Shown: positions 14,101 through 25,534 of the stretch, in pieces | Layout of the letters: every line of letters begins with the position of its first letter | How positions within the stretch are numbered: the stretch's first letter is position 1 | NCBI GenBank assembly: GCA_002269645.1 | Contig: NIVC01000799.1 | Location: forward strand, 124,001-188,000 | Origin: Macrostomum lignano | Taxonomy: Eukaryota | DNA length: 64,000 nt | Reading direction: 5' to 3' | Notes under the pieces: generated by a model | The model's database searches: none | What the model was told of the DNA's origin: nothing | The model's input: the letters and a program-made list of their open reading frames with translations, nothing else | Position numbers and translations under genes: made by a program

Positions 14101-17100
14101 ACCAGGACACAAACCTAGCGAAGCGAGCAGACCAGGACACAAACCTAGCAGGAGCGAGCAGACCAGGACACAAACCTAGCGAAGCGAGCAGACCAGGACA
14201 CAAACCTAGCAGGAGCGAGCAGACCAGGACACAAACCTAGTCGAAGCGAGCAGACCAGGACACAAACCTAGCAGGAGCGAGCAGACCAAAGACACAAACC
14301 TAGCAGGAGCGAGCAGACCAGGACACAAACCTAGCAGAGCGAGCAGACCAAAGACACAAACCTAGCAGGAGCGAGCAGACCAGACACAAACCTAGCGGAG
14401 CGAGCAGACCAGGACACAAACCTAGCAGGAGCGAGCAGACCAAAGACACAAACCTAGCAGGAGCGAGCAGACCAGGACACAAACATAGCAGGAGCGAGCA
14501 GACCAAAGACACAAACCTAGCAGGAGCGAGCAGACCAGGACACAAACCTAGCAGGAGCGAGCAGACCAGGACACAAACCTAGCAGGAGCGAGCAGACCAA
14601 AGACACAAACCTAGCAGGAGCGAGCAGACCAGGACACAAACATAGCAGGAGCGAGCAGACCAAAGACACAAACCTAGCAGGAGCGAGCAGACCAGGACAC
14701 AAACCTAGCAGGAGCGAGCAGACCAAAGACACAAACCTAGCAGGAGCGAGCAGACCAAAGACACAAACCTAGCGAAGCGAGCAGACCAGGACACAAACCT
14801 AGCAGGAGCGAGCAGACCAGGACACAAACCTAGCAGAGCGAGCAGACCAGGACACAAACCTAGCAGGAGCGAGCAGACCAGGACACAAACCTAGCAAGCG
14901 AGCAGACCAGGACACAAACCTAGCAGGAGCGAGCAGACCAGGACACAAACCTAGCCGAAGCGAGCAGACCAGGACACAAACCTAGCAGGAGCGAGCAGAC
15001 CAGGACACAAACCTAGCGAAGCGAGCAGACCAGGACACAAACCTAGCAGGAGCGAGCAGACCAAAGACACAAACCTAGCAGAGCGAGCAGACCAGGACAC
15101 AAACCTAGCAGGAGCGAGCAGACCAAAGACACAAACCTAGCAGGAGCGAGCAGACCAGGACACAAACCTAGCAGAAGCGAGCAGACCAAAGACACAAACC
15201 TAGCAGGAGCGAGCAGACCAGACACAAACCTAGCGAAGCGAGCAGACCAGGACACAAACCTAGCAGGAGCGAGCAGACCAAAGACACAAACCTAGCAGGA
15301 GCGAGCAGACCAGGACACAAACATAGCAGGAGCGAGCAGACCAAAGACACAAACCTAGCAGGAGCGAGCAGACCAGGACACAAACCTAGCAGGAGCGAGC
15401 AGACCAGGACACAAACCTAGCAGGAGCGAGCAGACCAAAGACACAAACCTAGCAGGAGCGAGCAGACCAGGACACAAACCTAGCAGGAGCGAGCAGACCA
15501 GGACACAAACCTAGCAGGAGCGAGCAGACCAGGACACAAACCTAGCAGGAGCGAGCAGACCAGGACACAAACCTAGCAGGAGCGAGCAGACCAAAGACAC
15601 AAACCTAGCAGGAGCGAGCAGACCAGGACACAAACCTAGCAGGAGCGAGCAGACCAGGACACAAACCTAGCAGGAGCGAGCAGACCAGGACACAAACCTA
15701 GCAGGAGCGAGCAGACCAAAGACACAAACCTAGCAGGAGCGAGCAGACCAGGACACAAACCTAGCAGGAGCGAGCAGACCAAAGACACAAACCTAGCAGG
15801 AGCGAGCAGACCAGGACACAAACCTAGCAGGAGCGAGCAGACCAAAGACACAAACCTAGCAGGAGCGAGCAGACCAACACAAACCTAGCAGGAGCGAGCA
15901 GACCAGGACACAAACCTAGCAGGAGCGAGCAGACCAGGACACAAACCTAGCAGGAGCGAGCAGACCAGACACAAACCTAGCAGGAGCGAGCAGACCAGAC
16001 ACAAACCTAGCAGGAGCGAGCAGACCAGGACACAAACCTAGCAGGAGCGAGCAGACCAGACACAAACATAGCAGGAGCGAGCAGACCAGACACAAACCTA
16101 GCAGGAGCGAGCAGACCAGGACACAAACCTAGCAGGAGCGAGCAGACCAGGACACAAACCTAGCAGGAGCGAGCAGACCAAAGACACAAACCTAGCAGGA
16201 GCGAGCAGACCAGGACACAAACCTAGCAGGAGCGAGCAGACCAGACACAAACCTAGCAGGAGCGAGCAGACCAGGACACAAACCTAGCCGAGCGAGCAGA
16301 CCAGACACAAACCTAGCAGGAGCGAGCAGACCAAAGACACAAACCTAGCAGGAGCGAGCAGACCAGGACACAAACCTAGCAGGAGCGAGCAGACCAAAGA
16401 CACAAACCTAGCAGGAGCGAGCAGACCAGGACACAAACCTAGCGAAGCGAGCAGACCAGACACAAACCTAGCAGGAGCGAGCAGACCAGGACACAAACCT
16501 AGCGAAGCGAGCAGACCAGGACACAAACCTAGCAGGAGCGAGCAGACCAGGACACAAACCTAGCGAAGCGAGCAGACCAGGACACAAACCTAGCAGGAGC
16601 GAGCAGACCAGGACACAAACCTAGCCGAAGCGAGCAGACCAGGACACAAACCTAGCAGGAGCGAGCAGACCAGGACACAAACCTAGCAGAAGCGAGCAGA
16701 CCAGGACACAAACCTAGCAGGAGCGAGCAGACCAGACACAAACCTAGCAGGAGCGAGCAGACCAGGACACAAACCTAGCAGGAGCGAGCAGACCAGACAC
16801 AAACCTAGCAGGAGCGAGCAGACCAGGACACAAACATAGCAGGAGCGAGCAGACCAGGACACAAACCTAGCAGGAGCGAGCAGACCAGGACACAAACCTA
16901 GCAGGAGCGAGCAGACCAGGACACAAACCTAGCAGGAGCGAGCAGACCAGGACACAAACCTAGCAGGAGCGAGCAGACCAGGACACAACCTAGCAGGAGC
17001 GAGCAGACCAGGACACAAACCTAGCAGGAGCGAGCAGACCAGGACACAAACCTAGCAGGAGCGAGCAGACCAGGACACAAACCTAGCAGGAGCGAGCAGA

Positions 17101-17957
17101 CCAGGACACAAACCTAGCAGGAGCGAGCAGACCAGGACACAAACCTAGCAGGAGCGAGCAGACCAAAGACACAAACCTAGCAGGAGCGAGCAGACCAGGA
17201 CACAAACCTAGCAGGAGCGAGCAGACCAAAGACACAAACCTAGCAGGAGCGAGCAGACCAGGACACAAACCTAGCAGGAGCGAGCAGACCAAAGACACAA
17301 ACATAGCAGGAGCGAGCAGACCAAAGACACAAACCTAGCAGGAGCGAGCAGACCAGGACACAAACCTAGCAGGAGCGAGCAGACCAGGACACAAACCTAG
17401 CAGGAGCGAGCAGACCAAAGACACAAACATAGCAGGAGCGAGCAGACCAAAGACACAAACCTAGCAGGAGCGAGCAGACCAGGACACAAACCTAGCAGGA
17501 GCGAGCAGACCAAAGACACAAACCTAGCAGGAGCGAGCAGACCAGACACAAACCTAGCAGGAGCGAGCAGACCAGGACACAAACCTAGCAGGAGCGAGCA
17601 GACCAGGACACAAACCTAGCAGGAGCGAGCAGACCAGGACACACACCTAGCAGGAGCGAGCAGACCAGGATACAAACCTAGCAGGAGCGAGCAGACCAGG
17701 ACACAAACCTAGCAGGAGCGAGCAGACCAGGACACAAACCTAGCAGGAGCGAGCAGACCAGGACACAAACCTAGCAGGAGCGAGCAGACCAGGACACAAA
17801 CCTAGCAGGAGCGAGCAGACCAGGACACAAACCTAGCAGGAGCGAGCAGACCAGGACACAAACATAGCAGGAGCGAGCAGACCAGGACACACACCTAGCA
17901 GGAGCGAGCAGACCAGGACACACACCTAGCAGGAGCGAGCAGACCAGGATACAAACT
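5166..17957. repeat. 12.8-kb satellite array of 31/32-bp monomers GCAGGAGCGAGCAGACCA(GG/AAG)ACACAAACCTA (roughly 400 copies)
   Basis: Period is 31 bp (CCAGGAC variant) or 32 bp (CCAAAGAC variant). Recurrent variants include TAGCCGAAG, TAGTCGAAGCGATC and AACATAG. Confidence 0.99.
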
Positions 17958-18693
17958 AGCTCAAGCGGTCAGGCTTAGACTAAGGCAGTGAATCTTAGAC
18001 TTCACTGTAACTTTTAAAACTCGTTCATATAATCTTGAAAAATAAATCTCCTGGGTAGGATTTCGAGAAAAAATGCCCATATCCGGGGGGCCTCACTGAT
18101 CTGTCACGGCACGTCATCAAAGGATATAAAAATCTTTTCTTTTTTTAAAGACTGACGTCGCACTTCGATTGCATGCAAGATGAAGTGAGTGTGTGGATTG
18201 TGAGACCAAATTCTTCACCGTAATAAATATATATGAGCGGCAGTGTATTAAGCAGTTAGTATTATTCATAGCCGCTGACGTGATTGATTTCTTAATGCCT
18301 TTGGCTTTCTTTTCCATCCCGGATTGCTCATTTTTCAACCCAAAGTAATCTGCCATGCTTCGCGCAGTTTCTGTCCGGATAAAAAGAGCCTCACCGAAGT
18401 GCGTCCGAGACTTCGGATTTGCAATAAATCAAACGGGGAGACTGCGGAGATCCGAACATGCACTGCTCTCATTTGCATGCGCTCTCTGCGTGGACTCGTC
18501 TCAAAAGCAGAGAGGGAGGGAGAGATCGAAGTCAGGAACTCATTCGGGAGTATATGATCGGTGTCTGTCTCGGATTTCGGAGACCACTGCCAAACTTCTT
18601 GATCACATGTAACAGGAAATGCAGAAAAAGGCTTTGAAGCCCGACGGGACACGGGACGCTTTGTATTAATTTGAAACGAGTGCAAGTACAAAC

Positions 18694-18728
18694 CAGGGAA
18701 GCCTCTATGGTCGATAGAGGCTTCCCTG
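18694..18728. mobile_element. 35-bp perfect hairpin, probable minimal hAT-type MITE remnant
   Basis: CAGGGAAGCCTCTAT-GGTCG-ATAGAGGCTTCCCTG. GTACAAAC occurs at 18686-18693 and 18728-18735, overlapping the last stem base. Confidence 0.6.
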
Positions 18729-18964
18729 TACAAACAGAACAGAAACAGGATTAGAATAGATAAATGTGGATGGGGAGGGCACCATAGAAACGGAAACCCC
18801 TTTGTTTGGGTACTCCATAAATATTTATTTAAATTTTATTAGAGGGGCTGGAAGCCTAGGGGTGGGGAAAAAGGGGGAGCAGATTAGGAATGGAGAGAAC
18901 AAAGTCACGCAGGGGTGTGAGAGAAAAAACATGAAGACGAGAAGGCCTGTAACAGTCAGTGTGG

Positions 18965-20208
18965 TTACCTGTGCCAGTTTGTGAAGCACTGGCCTATGCA
19001 AAGTACAGGCATTCCCGGACAATCAGGGCATATGTACACTGTCTTCTTCGCGATTCGGTTCTCGCTGCACACGCGGCATCGATTGTGCGGCCGAATATTG
19101 GCAGCGTTCAATGAAGCTGGTCCGACTGCTGCAGGACGGCCTGCCCTGACACCTAAATGGCGCCTGTCGCTGCCAGTCTCTTCCACCAGGATGCTGACCG
19201 CTTTGCGCAGAAACACCACAAAGGTCTTGGTACTCCGTGCTGGCGGTAGACGATCCACGAGTTCCGGACCAGAAGCAGCAGCAGGTAAAAGGCGAGTTTC
19301 TGAAACCAGCGCAGCGTCTTCCGACTGGCCAGGTAGGGGTTCTCTGCCGAGTCCATACGGCCCACGCCGCCCATGCTCTTCGAGTAGGTGACCACTGTCA
19401 CTGGCTTCGTTCACACAGGCAGCCTGCCCAGCAGTGTCCAGGAGATACACGGTCTTTGTCCCGACGTTGCTCTTCCTGTCCACGAACTTACATTACAAGC
19501 GAGCACCTCGCCGTTCCTCGTGAAAGCTGCCGCAGTCGGTCGCAGTTGCAGTTGCTGCAGCAGCTGCGGGACGCCTCGAGGTGGCCGGTGAGCCGAGTTC
19601 CATTCGCCAGCAGCCAAAAGGACAGCCGATGCGACGTGAACCAGCTGTCCGTGAACACGTAATTTATGTGCAGGAGTTCACGGCACAGCTCGGCCACAAT
19701 TCGCTCACTAATAGAGGCCGCCGCACTCGAGTCCCAGTCCGAATTGTGCATTCGCGTGCTTGAATCTATCTCTCGAGAGGGCATTGGGCATGGACAGAAA
19801 GGAGCAATGGAAAACAGGGTCCTGGCTCCAGTAGCTGCTGATCTCCGGCTTTTTGTCCAGGCCCATCAACTGAAAATTCCCGAACAGCTTCCTGATTTAT
19901 CATCTGTGCAATCTCTCCAGTTCTTCACCAGACTCAGAATCTCCTCTTCGCTTCCATCAGCTGAAGCTGGAGGCCTCTAATCCGGGCGAACCCCTGGTGT
20001 TCCCAGAAACTCGATCGGCTTCATTCGGCACAGCATCCATTCCAGCCTGAACCAACTGGCACTCTGGTACATCACTAACTACCTCTGTCTCCCTGCCTTC
20101 TTCCCCCATAAAGTCGTTCTCGATTCCATCTAGCGACCTCAGCGAGTAGTCATCAGTCAAAATGTCTGCGTTTTCGTTCTCAGATTCCATGGGAAAAAAA
20201 CCACGCAA
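18965..20208 (-). pseudogene. Fragmented piggyBac (PGBD4-like) transposase
   Basis: Motifs in successive frames: acidic N-terminus; MGLDKKPEISSYWS..LSRDRF; VFTDSWFTS; YSKSMGGVGRMD..RKTLRWFQKLAFYLL; C-terminal Cys-rich RCRVCS..TVYICPDCP..LCIGQCFTNWH. Multiple frameshifts. No TTAA/TIR ends found. Confidence 0.9.
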
Positions 20209-21105
20209 GAAAGGGCAGCAGCTATATATATAGTTAGAGTAGATATATAGTTAGAGTGAAAGTGCAGAGAAAAATAAGAGAGGCTATTAGAACAGCAAGT
20301 GTGGCACAGGGCCCTAAAAAGAATATTTTGGCTAAAAACTAGGGCTGGGCTATTGGGCTAAACAAGACATTACTCGTAAACAAGGGGAGTGAAGGGGGGG
20401 GGGTGAAACTCAGGTTGAAAAAAAGAGGCAAGGTTGAAAAGCCAATCAGAAGGCAGCGAGGGAAAGAGAAAAATAACAAGACTGAACTAGACCAAGAGGG
20501 AGAAAACAGAGTACGAAACAGAGACAAGTGCAGATGAACTGAAGAAATGACTAAGAAAGTCGCGACAGGGAGGAAACCGGCGGGAGAGGGGGTGCTGCTA
20601 AGCTAAGAGTGCCTCAGACATGCAACTTTTTCATTACAAATATACTGGATTCAAAAAGGAGCAAAACAGGTATTTCCCTTGTGATTATTTACAACTTTGT
20701 CTTGGTTTTTTGAAAACAAAAGAAAACAATTACAAAAATGAAACTTTCACTACACAACTTTCACTACATAGTATGTTAATATGCCTATTTATTAAAAAAA
20801 CTTGCTGTTCAGGCGAGTCTGTGAGCCTTCAAAGTCTCAGTGTCGTACAGCAACGACGGTCTCGATCACCACCGCCCCTCTGGCGGTCAGGTAGAGGGCA
20901 GAGGACGGCACGACCAGCCCTCAAATAATGAAAAGCAGTCCAGACAAGACCGCAGCGACCCCGCAGAGATTCTAGCGGACGTCGGCAACCAGACCGTTTA
21001 GGTAGACGAACTGGTGACATCGCGGAAGTTCGTTTCCTCGATTCGGAAGGAAGCGCCTTGGCACAAAATCGCAGCACATTTTTAATCTTGAACTTAGATG
21101 ATACA

Positions 21106-21529
21106 TAGGGATTGCATCCCGGGTCCCGAATCCCGGGACAAATTTTTTTTACAAAAGTGTTGTAATATGAACATAATTGGGCCCAAAACCAGTTTACTAT
21201 ACTGCGCTAATTTCCGTTAATTGCCTCACGTCGCGTGGCGTCTTTTTAAACCCTTGCTTTTTGTATATCGCATTTGTTATTTGTGGCATAAAAGATTTAA
21301 ATCTGAAATTTATTGCAATGTAAATTTTGATAATTGATTTGTTTCGTAACTAATAATATAGTAGTAATTTTAATTTTATACTACTTAAATAGATCATTAA
21401 CTCTATACAATCAAAGATAAGAGCAAAAAACGTTTAGCGCATATTTAGCCTTAAAATTTCAACACGGAAGCTTAAAAATATGTATTTTTCTGATCCCGAG
21501 ATCGCAAAAACGGGATTTTGCAATCCCTA
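21106..21529. mobile_element. MITE with TAGGGATTGCA terminal inverted repeats (hAT-like)
   Basis: TAGGGATTGCA at 21106 and TGCAATCCCTA ending 21529, with subterminal CCCGGG/CCCGAG motifs. The 8-bp flanks match poorly, so the TSD is not confirmed. Confidence 0.6.
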
Positions 21530-22527
21530 ATTGCTCAGTATGCTCAGGATGGGTAAGGGGGCTTCCAGTCAGAAAAATACCAACCAAAATTAAAAAACCC
21601 AAAGCCAACACCCAAACGACCCCGACAGTAGTAGTCGCTCTAACTATCCAAGGTGTGCCCGCGAGACTTCTTGCCACGAAGCTGCCCTCATTCCCTGTAC
21701 TGGCTGCACAACTCTCGTGTCTCCATTTCTCTCCAATATCTTCTCTGCATGTCTCCCAATCGATCGCAAGAAAATATTCCTCGCTCAGCCACGTGACTCA
21801 ACAGTCTGCCTTATCTAGCTCGTATTGAAATCGGAGAGGCCAGTATGAAGTATTCGCACTTCGATTCGGAGACAGCACATCGTTGTCAGACTGTCAGGTT
21901 TAGTCTCACCGCGGCGGTTTATAACATAGCATTATATAAGCTTCATGTCATGAAAGGGCGAACACCATAACTGCTGGCCAATACGCCTCGCCAACCCAGC
22001 TAATGAGCAATCGGTGCTCAGTCACGCAGCAGCTAGGTGTGGCTACTCTGGAAGAGGATGTTAAAAAAGCTGGGGGCCTATATAGCTATGTATTATAGTT
22101 GGGCTCTTCTTCCAGCTGTTTACTAAGCACTATTGCTAAATGTGTTTCACGGATGGGCGGCTAATTGACACAAACATATTTTCTTCGGAGAATAAAGGCC
22201 ATGCACCGATGCGTACTTAATAGGAACGTAAAATTAATATGGAATTTTATACGATTTTACTCAACTGACTAAAAGCTACAGACTGGAAAGAGTTTTTTTT
22301 GCCAGACAAAATGCTAACACGCAAAAATCCAAATGCAGATTGCGTGCAGTGATTAAGAAACTGTTCACAATGGCAATGTCGCAGTACGTCCGAGAGACTA
22401 TAGCCGAGTACAGTGACGCACAAGCAGCGTGGGACAATTGGCACGATCACCTTTATCAGCATGCTAATTATTAGAATGTCAATGCGTGCTCATCAGGGAA
22501 CTGGTCGGGGTTGTTGTGCAATTCACA

Positions 22528-23020
22528 GAGGATGTGAACTTTTGAGTTAAAATAGAGCCCGAAAAATTTCTCTACGCCAATCCCTTCATTTGGAGTTTCA
22601 AATGCTTAAATGACGAGATGACCATGATAACGCTCTTTTTATATGTTTGTAAGGAAGAATAGGAGCGATAGTAATGTTATGTTATGCCACCATTATGTTA
22701 TCTCTTAATTAATAATGTTTAAACTATCCTAAACGTGCATACCCTGAATCATTCTCATGTAACTAACGTCAAGTTTTAGTACAATCTTTCATAAATTTTT
22801 GTATACTAGAGGGTCCTGAAAAAAAAATACAATGAAAACATATTAAACTCAAAATAACACAGAAAGTTTTCCGATCACATGAAATCCCCATTTCTCCCCA
22901 TAGAGATCCCCAAATTCTAAAGTGGTCGGTTTTAGCCATAGCAGGAGCTAGTTGGCTCCGAATGAAAGGATTGGCGTAGAGAAATCGGGACCGAATTTAT
23001 ACTCTTAAGTTCACATCCTC
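22528..23020. mobile_element. MITE with about 70-bp imperfect TIRs starting GAGGATGTGAAC
   Basis: GAGGATGTGAACTTTTGAGT..TTTCTCTACGCCAATCC on the left versus GGATTGGCGTAGAGAAA..ACTCTTAAGTTCACATCCTC on the right. The terminal 16-mer is reiterated to 23063. Confidence 0.7.
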
Positions 23021-23384
23021 TTAAGTTCACATCCTCTTAAGTTTACATCCTCTTAAGTTCACAGCCGTCAAAGTCTCTCCAACATGTACAGTACCCCATC
23101 GGGCATGTCTGGGACTCGTAAAGCGAAGTGTTCAGCAGGGTTGCCCCGCAGAATGCTGAACAGTTAAAACAGGCAACGGCTGCTCCAAAAGCGTTCATCA
23201 ACCGGCTGGTGATCAAGGATGCCTAGAGTGACGTCACTTTTGAATGCTGACTGGCACTGACAATTTTACAACAGGACAGGCTGTTTACCTTCGTACTGAG
23301 AAGTAATACTTGTCTGCCATCGATTTTGTTTAGGCTTAGGGTTCAAGTTAGTTTTGGGATTAGGGATTAGTTTTTAGTTGGGTT

Positions 23385-24124
23385 CAAAGCGTCACCTCCG
23401 CAGGGCTCGACCAACGGAATCGGCTAGTATGGCCGACAATCAACGCCTTGACTGGTCGCAAGAAGAAAACGGTGCTAAACTTGACCGGCGACACGCCAGA
23501 AGCGCGCAGAAATGAGCTACGCGACTTCTTCGCCGATATCGTCAACGCGCCGCCACCGCCTCTGCCAGAAGTGATGCTACTGCCGCTTGAGACGGCGCTG
23601 CCGTCGCAGGAAGATTTCGACACCCAGCCAGTGACCAGCAACGACGTTGTGCAGTTCGCTCGCCAGGCGCCGGGAGGTCGCGCCCCTGTTGTACAACGCC
23701 GAGACTTGGACCCTGACGGACGCCTTGGAGAGGCAGCTGGACGCTGCGCATGCGGCAATGCTGCGTGCGGCTTTCGGAGTGCGCAGCGGCCCAGGCAGCG
23801 AGACCAATGCCGCGCTCTACACTAGGGCGAGCCTGACGCGGCCTTCTGACCTGCTGCGCGGGCGGCGACTTCAACTGGCTGGCCATGTCATCCGGTCGGA
23901 GGCCCGCTGTCCTGAGCCGCTACACGACGTGCTGCTGCTCAAGCTGCAGGGACCGCGGAGGCGAGGCCAACGATGCGATACCCTGACCGACTTCTGAGTG
24001 ACGCTGGCGCCCCGGACCAAGCAGGGGGATGCGACTTCCTGAGGGCAATGGCCCAGAGACGCGCTTTCTGACTGCTCCCCCCTTTCTGGCTACTGCATGG
24101 CCGGCGGGAACCTTGTTGTTGTTG
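23385..24124 (+). mobile_element. 5'-truncated, internally deleted non-LTR retrotransposon (RTE-like LINE remnant) with (TTG)n tail
   Basis: Pre-RT linker peptide (LTGRKK..ELRDFF..GGRAP) fused to post-RT peptide (LLYNAETWTLT..RRLQLAGHVIR). Tail TTGTTGTTGTTG. Probable TSD TTTTAGTTGGG(G)TT at 23372-23384 and 24125-24138. Confidence 0.8.
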
Positions 24125-24292
24125 TTTTAGTTGGGGTTATGGTTTAGGATTAGGAATTAGGGTTGGGTTCGGCAGTCAATTGTCAGAGCCGTCAGCAGCA
24201 GCAGAATAAATAATTTTCTTACAAAAATACATTTAACTATTATATGAAATCATAGCTTTCTGCAGGATTGATACAAAATGAGCGTCTTTATA

Positions 24293-25534
24293 CGAGGGGT
24301 ATTTTAAAAGTAACGAGAATTTTGTTATAACCACAGATATTATATAACTGTGGTTATATAGTATCTGTGGTTATAACTTTTGATTGGATGAACGCATGCA
24401 CCTGAAATTTTCACCCAACAATGTAACGATATATACCGATTTTTTTCGGCAGCAATTGCGTAAGCTGAAGCCGCGTAGCGGCTGAAGCTTAGTAGAGCAA
24501 TTGCTGCCGAAAAAAATCGGTACATGTCATTATTGTACCCTTTTGACTTCCCTTGTCTATGGCCCAGACATAGTGCGGATGCTGAGTATGAAATGCGATT
24601 GTTGCCGGAATGCGCTTTGAAAGGGTTGTAGAGATAATCAATCGTCTATGGCAAATTTAGTTGCTCTCTAAATGAAAGGGTTGTAGAGATAATTAATCGT
24701 TTATGGCAAATTTAAAGGACAGTGAAGACAGCTAGCCTGGCTGCCATGAGTTAATTCTCAAGTTGATTTTGAGCTTGAATTAATTCTCCTATTCGGAGTG
24801 CAAATAGGAAAAGTAGCTATGATTCGCTACGCAAACATTCCTGGCGGAGAAATATGTGGACTCTCCACGGACGAGTTGGCTTTTGTCACCCGAGAGTCGA
24901 GCACGCGCTACGTTCTGGAGATGGACAACCTGGATGCGTCGTCCAGTTCCAACGGGCTGCCTGAGCTAGGTAGCGAAGATCTGGAAATGTTGGACCGACT
25001 TGAGAGTGACTCAGTGCCGAAATCGACCGAGACGCAACGGAAGCTTCACGTGGGTCCAAAGTCACCAAGATTGACGACGATGCGGAATCCACCATCGAAA
25101 GTGTGACAACTGGGTCTGATAGAGGCGAGCTGATGAAAGCACCCGAGGGCGGCCAAGACCTGCCGAGAAGCCTCTGTGGTGGTCAGTTCCACAACTGCAC
25201 ATTCAACTTTTACGGAAAGTAAAACAATTGATTCGATCGGTTTGTTCTTAAGAACTTTTTGTGACTATGAAACACTTTCGCCGTGTTGCTATTGTTGTTC
25301 CTTGTTTTGATAGCCAAATACATTCGTCTGAAATCCGGCAACAATCGAAAGAAGCCGACAAACAATTAAATTGTTACCGCAAGTATGAATGCCGGAAACC
25401 ATAGACAAAAGGGAACAATTTCACACATATGAACAACTAATAGCTTTTTTTAAGCCTTATATAGCTGAACGCAACAGACGTTTATCCAATCAAAAGTTAT
25501 AACAAAATTCTCGTTACTTTTGAAACACCCCTCG
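24293..25534. mobile_element. Non-autonomous Tc1/mariner-like element with about 56-bp TIRs
   Basis: TA-CGAGGGGTATTTTAAAAGTAACGAGAATTTTGTTATAAC.. on the left. The reverse complement ..GTTATAACAAAATTCTCGTTACTTTTGAAACACCCCTCG ends at 25534, where the right flank is CA rather than TA. Confidence 0.75.
24332..24369. mobile_element. 38-bp hairpin insertion with 8-bp TSD GTTATAAC inside the left mariner TIR
   Basis: 17-bp stem (1 mismatch) plus a 4-nt loop. It is absent from the right TIR, which has a single GTTATAAC. Confidence 0.75.

Noticed and set aside
5030-17582. Dozens of short minus-strand ORFs (CPGLLAPARFVSLV...)
   Set aside because: Translations of the 31/32-bp satellite with no coding evidence.
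20811-21080. Possible exon-like GC-richer segment after an AG acceptor
   Set aside because: Contains an in-frame stop and has no recognisable homology, so it cannot be supported.
18000-21100. Complete piggyBac element boundaries
   Set aside because: No TTAA-CCC/GGG-TTAA terminal repeats could be found by eye.
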